From contig CM007989.1 of NCBI GenBank assembly GCA_002189035.1, positions 1,860,001-1,924,000 of the forward strand: 64,000 bases of DNA. The letters are read 5' to 3'. This document shows positions 14,648 through 28,700 of this stretch, one piece after another; positions within the stretch are counted from its first letter, which is position 1; the number at the start of each line of letters is the position of its first letter. Below the pieces are notes generated by a model, which worked only from the letters and a program-made list of their open reading frames with translations, was not told where the DNA came from and did no database searches. The translations under genes were made by a program, and so were the position numbers. This DNA comes from Utricularia gibba (Eukaryota > Plantae > Magnoliophyta).

Positions 14648-15470
14648 TCCGACGACGAAGAAAACGAAGCACGAATCAGTATCAATACATAAAACGGAAA
14701 AGAGAGAAGCCCATGAGCATATTTAAGGAGAAGAAGTGGATGCATCACGCGGAGGGAGGAAGAGGAAATTGCTTGCGAGTTGGGGAAGGCGCCGAACGGA
14801 GAAGTCAAAGTCAACGTTCTCCGTCCGACTCGTTCACGTTCATTCATCAACTGCTTAAAAAAAACGGTTTTTTTAAATAAATATATAATTATTATCAGCT
14901 TTTATCCATTTTTGAAATAATAATTATTATTATTATTAAGGTCTCATGAGTCTGATAAATCCGACACGTGGATATGACTGGATTATGAAGTTATTTTGGC
15001 ACATGTTTGAAAATAAAAACCGGATGTAGGTTTTGTGTTGATCCAATTAACCCGAATCGGAACCTGAGTCGATATACTTTAGTTTACTATTATACTATAC
15101 ATTGAAAGACTATTTCTATTATTATAGAGATATTTTAATTATCTTTCTTTTTTAATTCCTAGGGTCAATATTTTCTGATCAATATTCATTTTAATATCTA
15201 TTTTGAATTTTATATACGTATATTGAATATTCGGAACAATTTTTTTCAAAAAAAAAAAAAAGGCACGTGCAGATTTGGGATATCCCGTTGCTGACCATGG
15301 GACTGGGTCGCCTTCATTTTCGCCGCCGCCAATCAAAAAATTCGCCATATAATCCTTAAAAAAAGATATATTAAAATAAACGAAATAAAAAAGAAAGACA
15401 GAGATAATATTTAGTTGACCGGTAAAATAGCAAAAATAATAATAAAAAAAGAATACCGGTTTCCATAACT

Positions 15471-17524
15471 TCACCAGTAGTCACCACACGAGCATTTCCC
15501 GTTGACAAAAAGATGGAAACGGTTCGTGTCTCGAACAAGGATTTCTCTCCTGGTCAGGCTGGAGATGAGTTTGATCGCCGTATGGCAGTCGCCGCAGACT
15601 CGGAGATTCTTCACTATTCTGATCACGGCGTCAGGATGGGTGGTGATGAGTCCGAAGGCAAGGGCCAGTTTCTCACTGTGGCACCCCAGGAGGTGTTCCT
15701 TTTCCTCCTCTTCGATGTTGAAGAGCACGTATTCTGTTGTTGGGACGTACCCGGCTTCTCTGATCTTCTTCTCCAGCTCGAAGAGCTTCCTGTAAATGCT
15801 GTCCGACATTGGATGAGTGGTGTCGCCCACTAGGAATTCGTGAACCACGCCGTTCACCTCAATCCAACTGTATCCTTTAACCTTCAGGATGCCTCTCTGT
15901 GTCATGATCGACCTGATGCTCTCTGACTCGTGCCATTTCTGGTTGGATGAGTAGATGTTTGATAGAAGGACCAAGTTTGCTGAGTTCTCGGGCTCTATTT
16001 CAATCAGCTGTTCAAGGACAAGCTCAGCTAGTTGCGTGTTCTTGTGCAGACGGCATCCTCCCAGCAGAGCTCCCCAGACAATGGAGTTTGCCTTCATTGG
16101 CATGGATTTGATCAGTCCAAGGGCTTCATCTAACTTACCAGCTCGAGCGAGTAGATCAACCATGGCCCCGTAGTGCTCGATTGTTTGAGGAACGGAGTAA
16201 CAGGAACTCATACTGTGAAAGTACCGATGCCCATCATCCACGAGACCAGCATGAGTGCAGCCACACAGCAAGCCCAGAAAGGTGTTCTTGTCAGGCTTGA
16301 AACCATGTTTCTCAACCAGACCAAAGCAACTAAATGCGGCGTATACATGGCCGGTCATGGCTAGCCCAGATATGATGGCATTGAGGATTACAACATCCAA
16401 TTCTTTCATTTGATTAAAGATATCCAACGCAAGGGCTATTTTCCCACATTTGGTGTACATGTCAATCAAGGCGGTTCCCAAGACCGGATTCGAGAACAGT
16501 TCGGATTTTTCAATCATGCTGCTTGCCCTTTCTCCAAGCTCCAGAGCCCCAGAGTGGCACAGGAGGAGAGCACCCCAACCATGACATAGCAATCAGGTCT
16601 CATGTTCTGCTCTTGCATCTGACGAAACGTTTCTAAAGCCTCCTTAGGATACCCATTGGCAGCGTAACCCTGAACCATTGTCCCCCATGTAACTATATCC
16701 CTTTCTCGCATTTCTTCAAACACCACACGAGCATTTTCAATGCTCCCACACTTGGAATACATATCTACTAAAGCTGTATTCACAAAGACATTCCTCATTC
16801 CTGTGGAGGTGATAAAGTCATGGATCCCCTGGCCAGCCGCTAAATCTCCAAGCTGACTGCAAGCGGATAGAACCCGAACGAGAGTGAAGCTGTCGGGCTT
16901 CAAGTCCATGGCAAGTGAATCCTTGAATAAATCAATCACCTCCCTAAATCTTCGAGCCGCAATATAACCACCCATTAATGCCGTCCAAGAAACAACATTC
17001 TTAACAGGCATATCAACAAACACTTTTTGTGCATCATCCAATCTCTCCAGTCTCGCATAAAATCCAACCAACCCTGTTTTCACAAAGACATCATCGTCGA
17101 AACCACCTTTAAGAATCAAAGAATGCACCTTAGCACCGACCTCAAAGTCCATGTTCCTGGTGCAGGACTTCAGAACGAAAGGGAACGTAAAATTGTTTGG
17201 CAGAAATCCATCTTTGCGCATCATGTCGAAGTAGTGTATTGACTGAGGATAGCAGCCACTGGAAACCAGCCCACGAATCATAGTGTTGTATAAGTAGAAA
17301 TTGGGTTCACGAGTGTGGGCAAACACAGTTACAGTGTAATTAGGGCGATTGAAATTGAAGGCAGATTTCAAGAACATGTTGATCAGGTAGTGGTCCTGGT
17401 GAAGGTAGGCTCTCATGAGCCGTCCATGAACCTGCTTAAGGTGAGTGAAGGCGCTGAAGCCTCGAACCAGAGCATCTCTGATCTCCTGCCACACCACCGG
17501 CGGAACTACCAGAAACGCCGCCAT
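15471..17524 (-). CDS. PLS-class PPR protein with E and DYW domains (resembles Arabidopsis At3g08820); intronless, one apparent frameshift at ~16548
   Basis: Two overlapping ORFs (17524-16514 and 16592-15471) form one continuous PPR array ending HSEKLA...KNLRVCGDCH...CSCGDYW*. Confidence 0.93.
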
Positions 17525-18976
17525 CCCCCTTGCTCATTTTCATCCTCTCATGCCAACTGGAACCCCTGTTTGTCTACAGTGCGCAAGTCTCTGAAACCGG
17601 TTAAATGAATCACACATGTAAAACCAGAAGAATTCAAAGCAACCTTAGCGCTCACTTTTCAGTGATACGAGTAAATGTAGTGGCTAATGCGAATCCCTCG
17701 AAAAAACAAACAACTATCAGAAATTGCCGAAGAAGAATCCAAGAAACTTCCTCCACCACGATCATTTCAGAACTTTTGAGTCAGGCATTTCGTCGAACAC
17801 CCACCAGTAATTGACAAAATTTCAAGTCATCCACAACAGGTAGAAAAGAGAGCATCTGGCCACAGGATTCTGATTAGTGAACACCACCAAAAATGATCAA
17901 ACGAAGAAAACAGAAAACTTGTCAAGGCCGCGTCTCCCCCTCAGCAAATTTCGAACTCGGACCGCCAAATGGAGGAGGCGCGGTCAAGGTAATCCAACAA
18001 CGATCGAGTCTCGTACACCTAATTTACATACTATATTTATATTATTTATTTTTTTAAAACTAATTTTATCTTTATTTTTTTCTTGCAATTATATTAAACA
18101 AAAAAAATGCTTGAATAATGCAATTCAACAATATAATGAATGCTGTTTTTATTATTGCCATTCTTACCTTCCTTAATGATGCACATGATCGAAAAATGTT
18201 GTTAATTATTATATCCGATTATCAAAAAATGATATAATTTATTAATGATAATATAAACTATTTTCAAATATCTTAGAGTATATATAATTATTAAAAACAT
18301 TGAATAGGTAAACAAGTCTATTTGTATTAGTTTAAACTTTAAACTTTAAATCATCAAATATATTGATATATTTTATTCATAATTATTGATAGTTTATAAA
18401 ATATAATTAACCAATAATTTCTATACTAAACATTCAATCTATTTGAACTATTTAACATTTATTTGATTTTAAATAATTCAAAATACAATATATGAAATGA
18501 TTTTTGTAACGCTTGACTTTAAATGACATCTCTTATGTAAGAATTTATGATCACATCCATATCTAATGTTAATTTTACAATAGATGCATGCTCCTATCAT
18601 ATCATATTTTCGAAGAATTCCGAAAAATATTCAAATTCTTGCATTCTATCAAAGTACGATGAAATTATATTTTTAATTTGTATTTTGAAATAAGCCCATA
18701 GATTTCATCTTGACATTATGGGTAGGTGACACTATCCGAGTTAATAAAGTTCATTTCAATGTTTAAATTCAAATTGGATTGGTATCTAGCGTTGAATGGG
18801 TCCAGGTTCAACCCTCCTCCCGGGTTATTCGAGGAATGGAGAGTACGGTCTGTAATTTGGTTCTTTTTTAATTAATGGAATATCCTATTAATTCAAAATG
18901 AGGCTTCCGCTTGTTGAGTGAGAGTCCTTGGGTTACCCTAGTGTAGGAACTAGGCAAGTAGATGATCAGTCTACAA

Positions 18977-20900
18977 ATGGCATTATCGTTGTCCTCCTCC
19001 TCCTCCTCCTCCACGACGCGCACCGGCGGCCACTTGCATCGCTACTCGCCGTCTTCGTCCTATTTGCCCATCGGATTTGCTGGCTATTTGCGCTCTCGTC
19101 GATTCAAGCCGCGGCGGTCGTCCTCCATTTGTTGCGTTCTTGCGGAGAAGATGCCCATGGCTGACGGGAATTTGGGTCTGCAGAGGCCGGATGCATTTGG
19201 GAGATTCGGGAAATTTGGTGGAAAGTATGTGCCGGAAACCCTGATGCACGCGCTGACGGAGCTTGAGGAGGCCTTCAAAGCCCTTGCCACCGACCAAGAT
19301 TTTCAGGTTCATTTATTTCTTCCATTCGCGTTATGGATTGGGATTGCACGGCTGGGGTGTTTCTAAAAGTTATCATTTTTGTTTATTCTGATCATACGTT
19401 TGTTTTCACGGATTCCCTGTGCTAAAATTGCAGTTTTTTTCCCTTTCTACCATGTGATTTCTTCAAAAAACTGGAAAGGGGATTATCCTGATGTGTTTAG
19501 AGGTTTAGATTATCCGAGATTTTTAGACTAGTGCTTCCATCTTGCTCACTTTGGAAATGCGGCTTTTAATTTTTGCATCATCTAAATTGCAGAGGGAGCT
19601 AGACGGGATACTAAAAGACTACGTTGGAAGGGAAAGTCCGCTTTACTTTGCTGAACGTCTTACTGAGCACTACAGACGTCCTGATGGAACTGGGCCACAC
19701 ATCTATCTTAAAAGAGAAGACCTTAATCACACGGGTGCCCACAAAATCAACAATGCTGTAGCTCAAGCATTGCTTGCCAAGCGTTTGGGTAAGCGTCGAA
19801 TTATAGCAGAAACTGGAGCTGGTCAACATGGTGTTGCCACAGCAACTGTCTGTGCTCGGTTCGGCTTGCAGTGTATCATATACATGGGTGCACAAGATAT
19901 GGAGAGACAAGCTCTTAATGTCTTCAGAATGCGGCTTCTAGGTGCTGAGGTCGGCTTTTACTTAACAGGGTTTATTTCTTGTGGTTCCTGTTCTTGAGCT
20001 ATCACCAGATTTATTTTTCCTTGGGTGTAGGTGAGAGCAGTTCACTCTGGGACAGCCACGCTTAAGGATGCTACATCTGAGGCTATACGAGATTGGGTGA
20101 CTAATGTGGAGACAACGCATTACATTCTTGGTTCTGTTGCAGGCCCACATCCTTATCCCATGATGGTAAGAGAATTCCATGCCGTAATTGGAAAAGAAAC
20201 AAGGAAACAAGCATTAGAGAAGTGGGGTGGGAAACCTGATGTTCTGGTGGCTTGTGTTGGGGGAGGTTCAAATGCAATGGGCCTCTTCCATGAGTTTGTT
20301 GATGACAAAGATGTTAGATTGATTGGTGTTGAGGCTGCGGGGCTGGGCATAGACAGTGGTAGGCATGCTGCAACTTTGACCATGGGAGAGATTGGAGTCC
20401 TCCATGGAGCAATGAGCTACCTATTACAGGATGACGATGGTCAAATAATTGAACCGCATTCTATTAGTGCTGGGTAAGACATCGAAATAAAAAATATATA
20501 TATATATCGCTTTTCATTTCATTCTCTTGAGAAATCTTAATCGTTTCTGCGGCTCACTAGACTGGATTACCCTGGAGTCGGCCCTGAGCATAGCTTTCTC
20601 AAAGACATTGGGCGCGCAGAGTATTACAGTATCACTGACGCTGAGGCATTAGAAGGTAAGCCTCCTTAAATATTAAGAGTTTCATGTGTGTATCTGAATG
20701 CAAGAAAATCCTTTGTATTCATAGGTTTTAAGAGATTGTCAAGGCTTGAAGGCATAATTCCTGCACTGGAAACCTCCCATGCCATAGCTTATCTTGAGAA
20801 ACTATGCCCAAATCTTCCTGATGGGACGAAGGTTGTTCTCAACTGCAGCGGCAGAGGAGATAAAGATGTGCAGACGGCCATCAAACATCTTAACATTTGA
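18977..20900 (+). CDS. TSB: Tryptophan synthase beta chain, plastid-targeted (type 1), 5 exons
   Basis: Ser-rich transit peptide; [15 protein letters not shown]; [16 protein letters not shown] (PLP lysine); [11 protein letters not shown]; [11 protein letters not shown]; [10 protein letters not shown]; NCSGRGDKD. Confidence 0.97.
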
Positions 20901-22518
20901 GGGAGTAGGAGTTCATCACTTTTCCTCCTTTGTGTTTTTCTGTTCACACCTGTTGGATTTGGACACTACAGTAATAAAACGCTGATCTTATATCAATAAG
21001 CAAAGATAGGTTCTGCGTTGTATTCTTCCTGAACAGTCAAATTTGCAGTATATCATCTAAAACGTGAGTTTGATAGTTCATGGGAAAATGAAGAACAGGG
21101 AATTGGATCTGAATCCAAGATTCAAGAACCGTGGTGCTAAATCTTGCTTGTTTTTTGTTCTTTGTCCAATGCTTATAAACGGTGTTCTTTTGTTATTGTG
21201 CCTGCTGTGTGCATTCAAAGGAATTGCATCTTCTCCCGTTTAATTTCATATATATATATATGAAAAAATCGATCATTTTTATTATTAATTTTTTATTTGA
21301 AAAAAATAATCAGAATGGTAATTATGTAGGCAGCAAGGTTTTGATTACATGGGCGAGAATTTTTATTTAAAGAATTAATTAATTTATAATGAGGCTGTTA
21401 TATTTAAAATAAATGTTTAGACATGGAAAAAAATTCCCAGTCATTATGCGTTTTTTTTAATTACAAGGACTTATGGGGACGTATTATGGAGTTGCACGTG
21501 GAAAGTTGAATCACGCCTCTCAAATCCGGTGTTCATTACGGAAATACGAAATTCTGAATAAACAAAAGAATTGTGTTGAAAAAATAAGCAAAAACAAGAG
21601 AATATGAATCTTCTAGAAGGTCCCACGATTGTCGCACCAACTTGAGAAATCTTCTAGTTGACGAGTCCGAGAGACATCGGACTTCTTCATTAAAGACAGC
21701 CCAAATCACGTATAAAATTCTTTTTTTTACTGATAAAAAACGTATAAAAATCATTTTTTTTCTTAACAAACTGGCAAAAAAGAATTGAAAATATTTGATA
21801 AATATGATTAAATGGGTTTAGAATAGAAATAATTTGTTGTACCGTATTTTGTTTGTTGGTTTTAAATAAATTTATAATCGAAAAAAGAGAATTATTTTAA
21901 CATACATTTCCCTTAACTTATCCAATATTACAAACCAAACTTCATATAAAAAATTAATCATTTTAAATTATTTTAGAAATAAATTAAACATTTTTTCTAA
22001 TTTGATACGGTGTTATGATTTAACTAAAAGGATAATGCATAATGTTTGCCATCCGAATTATCAGAAAATGTACAATTTATAAATTATCAATATATATGTA
22101 TTCGGCATATCAATATATTTTAGTAATCTAAATTAGTGAGAGCATATTATTTATTTAATATTCTGAATAACAATAAAAGGTAATTATCATTCAAATTTTA
22201 TATTAAAAACTAGTTATTTTTTACAATTAAAAATAATAAAAAAAGGGCCACGCAGCACTGCAGATTTGTGGAGTAAATGGAGTATCGAAGTGGAGGTAGA
22301 GGCGTGAAGAGCAAGATTGTACGGTGTCAATGGGTGCAGTACTTGCTGTAAGAACTAGTTTGACCTTATCACAATAATATCTTGGAAAAAGAGTCCACTT
22401 AATTAATCTACAGAGATCAGGCTGATTCAGGATATCTCTGCCGATTCCCAGAACACAACAACACAATCCAGATGGAGTTTGTGAATGCCCAATGCAGCTC
22501 AAGTTCAGCCAGGCACTG

Positions 22519-22541
22519 GAGGAGGAGGAGGAGGAGGAGGA
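22519..22541 (+). repeat. (GGA)n microsatellite
   Basis: About 7-8 consecutive GGA units; reads as poly-Pro on the minus strand. Confidence 0.9.
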
Positions 22542-23590
22542 GTTGGTATATGGATTGGATTGGATTTGTGGGCACAGGTTGCCAGCAGTGTGCATGGATT
22601 TTGGATGCATTTACGAGATCTGAAGAATCCCAGGTGGAAAGAAGATATATCATCATTGAATTCCTGTAATAACTCACCAAATTTACTACATTTTTGTGTA
22701 GGAGATTTGGAGGATCTTGGTATTGCTGGTAATATCATCCAGGTTGACTCCCAACGCCATGGATTGAATGAGACAGCTTTGGGAGGTGCAACAGGGAAAG
22801 TTGACTCCCTGGGAAGAAGAGATGGTCAGCCACACAACAGTTAAGGGTTTCAGACTACTGTTCACCCAGCCAGCAGATCCTTACCAGTCAAAACTTCTCA
22901 AGCCAACACACTGCTGCTGCTTGCTCCTTCTGCACAAATCCACTCCCCACTGCTGGTACTAAGTTCTTGGAAGGCCAATTCCGATGACAACATCATATGG
23001 GAACGTGGTCCACATCCAGGACTCCCTTCCTAGCCTAGAAACAACCTCCAAGAGTAGTAGTAGTAGTAGCAGCAGATAGAGGGTTCCATTCATAAATCAT
23101 CATCAACCCCTAGTTCTTCTTTCTGAGTTGATACTACTGATGCATTGATTTTGTGTCAAATCAAATGTGCAGTCTGGTAGCATGCGTTGGAGTGTGGGGG
23201 TTATCAAACAAGACAGTATTTGTCTGGATACAACAGTTTTGCTTATTACAGAGAAGGGTGAGAAAGAAAAGTGATGACCGGCTAGTTAATGAGTAGATAA
23301 TATGACAAGGGCGTAGAGAGGAGAGGAGGAGAATATAAAGTGAAGTAGGATAGTAAGTGTACGTTGATGGTAATTACCTGAGATTGAATCTTTGACCTGC
23401 TGCGGATATATCATTAATTCACTCACAATCAGTAGGTTGAGATTGTGTTGTTCCATGGAGATATGGAGGAGATCGGTATCAGTACCTTAAGCGCAAGGGC
23501 ACACCATTGAAACCAACCCCTATTCCCATCCCAAAACGCACAGTGCCAGTAGTCATTAATTGGATTGGACCTATCCTGCTTCTGGTGCAC

Positions 23591-23597
23591 TATAAAT
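23591..23597 (+). promoter_or_regulatory. TATA box of the VUP1-like gene
   Basis: TATAAAT about 100 nt upstream of the ATG at 23697. Confidence 0.55.
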
Positions 23598-23696
23598 ATG
23601 GGGGCTCCCCTCCCATTTCGTCACCGCATCTCGTCTTCTCATTGTTCTGCACAGCAGCACCTGCAGTCAGATTTCGTTTCGTCTCCATCTCAGCTC

Positions 23697-24283
23697 ATGG
23701 GTAGCTACAAGTCAATGGGAGAAAGCGGGTGGACGTACTACATTCAGGACGACCACAGCAACTTCTCTTCTGATTTCGAGAGCCCCTCTCTCGTCTCCGA
23801 CGCCGGCACCTCGAAGAAGAAGCTGGCCAAGGGCGCCAAAGGCAGAAACGTGGGCGGTTCGACGCCGCATATGGTAGGGAATCAGAACGGTTACAAGCAG
23901 AGGGATAACTTCGATCTGGAGGACACTGCCAGCTCCCCCATCACCAGCCCCAAGGTTGTCTCCCACTCCTGATAACCCAACACCAGTACTCCCTTTTTTC
24001 ATCTGCTATCTAACTCTTTTCCACTTTCTTCGACTTATCAGGAGCTCCCTCGCCAGAATCACCCTTTCAGCTATCAACACTCTGCGGTATGCGCTTGAAT
24101 CCTATCGAACAAACATTGCTACCTCGCCCATTAGTAGCTGACGCTGACGTTGAGATTGAATTCCGTTTTGATGCAGGTGAACATGAAGAAGAAGACGGGT
24201 CGTCACTACTGAGAAATGGGCGATCATTGCTGCATTTTTTCTTGGTGCCACACAAGACAGCAACAATGAGGATCGTGTTCTGA
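23697..24283 (+). CDS. VASCULAR-RELATED UNKNOWN PROTEIN (VUP1)/SOFL-like small protein; 3' exon structure uncertain
   Basis: Family motifs ESGWTYY, SLVSDAG and LEDTASSPITSPKV in exon 1 (23697-~23954). The downstream exon(s) are only tentatively placed. Confidence 0.72.
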
Positions 24284-25732
24284 GCTCCGAGTTGGGAATC
24301 CACATCTCCTGCATAGAATTCATTGATACAACCCACCGGCATAGAAGAATAGATAGGCAGACAAGACACATAGATAGCTAGAGAGAGAGAGATATATTTT
24401 ATTAGCCGCAAACATGTACTCCATCCACCCTAAAGCAACAGCATGTAATAGCTATGGTTATTACTATTATTACAAACGCCAGCCTTCTATTTTTCCTCAT
24501 TTTCCACTTCCAGAATTGGAAAGAATGCCATGAGGTGGCCATCATTAAAGAAATCCAACACCATTTTTTATTCTGAAAAATGATAATTTATACAGTATGT
24601 TTTTTATAATATCAAATACTGTCACACTTGTATATTTCTATGTTACATGTTATATTATATTATAACATTATTTTAAATATATTTAATTCACATATCTCAA
24701 GATGAAACATATAACCAAATTTATTATATTACTTATAAATGATATCTTTTATTTAATAACTGAATATATTATTTTAAATTAACTTTTGAATAAAATTACA
24801 AATAAAGATAACTTCGTAATTTTGGACGAGTTCTTTTATTTGAAATTGAAAAATGTAAAATCATGAGATTTGGACGTTCAAAGCGCGTGCAATATAAGTA
24901 TATGTTGTGACAAGTCCGGATTTCAAATTACACATAAAATTACCAATTTTCAAAACATAAATAAATGACGTATTTGTCATTTGCAATTGCCCATATTTCT
25001 TAATTTTATAATTTCTTATTGAATCGAATTCAAAAAATTATAGATTCAAATTGAATAGAATCTAATACCAGGTTCAAATCCGGATTTTAAAATACTTGGA
25101 ATGGGTGCAAGGCTGTTTTGCATAAAAGAGTAGCATAATTTGGTTTATTTGTCACTATTCGAAAAATGTCACGTTTTTAATACAAATGGTATTTTTTAAC
25201 ATAATTTTACTGGCCTTTTTTTAAGTGGGACTGGGCTGAATGATGATTTGGACCGGCCCAATAAAAGGATTGGGCCCAATGCATAGTGTATTTTCTCATC
25301 TGGGAGATGCTTTTAATTTATAGAGATTGGGCACCCGGTATATTAAGTACTTTATATTCTATAATGTGCTCTTAAATTTAAATACTAATTAATTGTGTAC
25401 CATGTTTTATTTAATAGGATATTAAGCAGCAGCGAAAACGGCGCTCTTTGAAGGGGCAAAAGAAAATCTATTATAATAATAATGATAATAATCAGAAATT
25501 ACATTACATTACAGACCCTGGAGTGCAGGGCAGTTAATGCAGCGGTAGCTCCAGTCATCGGCAGTCGGTAATGATCCTGAGGAGGAAGCAGATTGGTTGC
25601 CTTTTGCCTGAAGAATCTCTAGCGGCTGCCTGATTTACGTCTTTTTGGGATCTGGTGGATCCGAATCTCTGCTGATTTTGGGTTTAGGGCCTTTGCGTTT
25701 CCAGCTCTTGCTAGAGCTGTCGCCTGTTGATC

Positions 25733-28700
25733 ATGGTTTCCACAAGTAAAATCAAATCGGTGGATTTTTATAGGTGAGCAAAAAACTGCAGTTGATCCTC
25801 GTTGTTTGGAATTTTCGCGGAGGCTACGTTTCACGTTTTTTTGGAGATTGATCTCTTTGTAATTAGATCGCTGTTTGATGCGCCTTGTGTAATGAATAAA
25901 AGCGGTATCTGAGGTATTATTGGTGTAGGGACATTACAATGTCGCCTACGCCATTGATCTACGTTGTATGTGTTTCTGGCGGGGGTTTGTTGATTGCGAA
26001 AAGTGCATCATGAGCTGTACCTTGTGTACAGGTTTCTTTTGTTACATCACAGATGTAGTTTTGGAATGCAGAGTGATGGATACATTTTTTTTATTAGAAC
26101 TATATTGACACAATTATAATTTTCAAGGCATCATCATGCCTAACGCATATCATTTCTGGTCAGCCTTGAAGTGTGTTGTTTCGTAATCATTTGCAGGAAG
26201 ATACCTAGAGACTTGACAGAAGCTTCTCTTTCAGGCGCTGGATTGTCAATTATAGCAGCTTTTTCCATGATCTTTTTATTTGGAATGGTAAGGAGTTGGT
26301 CTCAGGTCCATCCTATGAATTGGTAGCCCTTTTCAACTTGTGGCTGTGTTCTCCTATGTAGGAGCTAAGTAATTATTTGATGGTGACCACTTCTACTTCA
26401 ATAGTCATTGACAAGAGTTCTGATGGGGATTTCTTACGAATTGATTTCAATATCAGGTATAATATGCCTTGTCGGTTCTTATAAAGAATCATACTGATGA
26501 TCACTTGTCTCTGAATACAAGTGATGATCACTTGTCTCTCAATACAAGTGATTTTTCCCCGTTAATCTCAACTAACTGTTTCTTCACTTTTTTGTGTAGC
26601 TTTCCAGCGTTATCTTGTGAATTTGCATCTGTTGACGTCAGTGATGTCTTAGGAACAGTAAGTCTTCCATGATATCCTGTTATGTATTTCTAACAGCATC
26701 TACACTCCAAAATCCTAATTAATTTTATAAATGTACTATTAAGAAGCTCGATAGATGCACAGCTGCCAATTTTGTTGCAGCATATGAAATGCAAATTAGT
26801 CTTATTAAGAGTCATTTGATGCATAGTTTTGATGTCTAATGATGGAGATTCTACATCACATACCTATTTTTTGAGGTATTTTTTTATCGCCATATAGACA
26901 CTGTGAGCTTCTATTTGTTCTTTGGCATTTGGAATATTTGGTACGTTCTTATCCTACTATATTTTGTTTTCGTATTGAAACAACAAATTGTGGTCTGTTT
27001 TCCGCAGAATAGGTTGAACCTTACTAAGACCATCCGTAAGTATTCAATAGATGCAAACATGAATCCCACTGGATCCGAATTTCGCTCAGGGCCAGTTGCT
27101 AAAGCGATCAAGCACGATGAGGAAGCTGATGATGAACATGGAGAAGGTTCTATTGTTCTCAATGGACATAATTTTGATAAAATTGCACACCAGTAAGTAT
27201 TAATCTGCACCGTTGATTCATTAGTTTTCGAATTAGTTACTTTCAGTACATTTTTTTTATCTTGATCCACAGTTAACATGATCTGTTGCAACTCTTTTTG
27301 GACAGGCATCCTATTTTGGTTGTCAATTTTTATGCACCTTGGTGTTATTGGAGTAACCGTCTGGTACTTTTAAAACCTTAATCCTTATTTTCATTGTCTT
27401 TCATTCTACTAAAGACAATTATTGACTAACAGAAACCTTCATGGGAAAAAGCAGCGAAGATAATCAGTGAAAGGTTGATAATCTTATTGCCAAGATTTTT
27501 TGTATCATAATTATTATTATTTTTTTGCCTCAGTATTTAAAATACTCGTTGCTTGGTGTGTAGATACGATCCAGAGACAGACGGGCGCATTCTTATGGGC
27601 AAGGTTGATTGCACTGACGAGGTTGACCTTTGTAGAAGGTATTTGCTGCAGTTGGTTTAGAAGTGTCGTTTTGAGGGAGTTGCGTTTGAAAAAGAAAATA
27701 GCGATGGATTATGAGCAGTTTGCACTTGTCATTCTAAGTTGCATTTTTCGTCTCTGTTGCTGGAATTTGTAGAGATCTGCCCTTGCCTTTCAAATTTTTT
27801 TTTATATTTTGATATCATTACACCTTCAGCCTACCGTAACTTCTGATAATAAATCTGTGAATTTGCACGTCCAGGAATCACATTCAAGGATACCCATCAA
27901 TCCGGATCTTCCGCAAGGGAAGTGATTTAAGGTTGAGTGTAATTCCTCCTACTCTTATAATTTAACTGATTTGCGATGATGTTCAAAGCTGTAATAATAT
28001 TCACATCATTGTGAAGCCATGTGAAATTATGCATCAGTGTGCATGTCATTTCTTTTCATTAACAAACCTCCAGTCATCAGCTTTCTTTTTTTTTTTTTTT
28101 TTTTGCCATTTTTGTGCCTGATGTTTATAAATTTTGTAATTTTCTCCATCTTCATTTTCCTGATTCAGGGAGGAGAATGGCCACCATGACCATGAGTCTT
28201 ACTATGGTGATCGTGATACGGACAGCCTTGTCAAGGTGAGGGCATTGAAATGTGGCTGTCTTGGTATATATGTTCATCATGAAATGCATTTGGTGTTCTG
28301 ATTGTTCAAATATTTCTTCCTTGCGTGATATCCTGAGGACCTGCGACAGTTTATCCTTCTCTTTGCCTTTTTTGTTGTATTTGTGGAATACATGGTCATC
28401 TTTTGAAAGGACTTGTAATATTGGTGCAGACAATGGAGGATTTGGTAGCACCTATTTCCTTGCAGTCACTGACTGCTTCAAATGAATCTTCCAAAGATGT
28501 GAAGGATGATACAAAACTACCTGCACCCTTGGCTGGGGGATGTAGAATTGAGGGTTTTGTGCGTGTGAAGAAGGTTTGAGTTGCCCACGGCCATTCTTTT
28601 TGCATTTTATTGATTAAAATACTTATTGGGCTTGTAAGGATATACATTCCCTCATATTATAGTTTCTTTTCTTTTCTTTTCTAACTCGCGTCATACTTCA

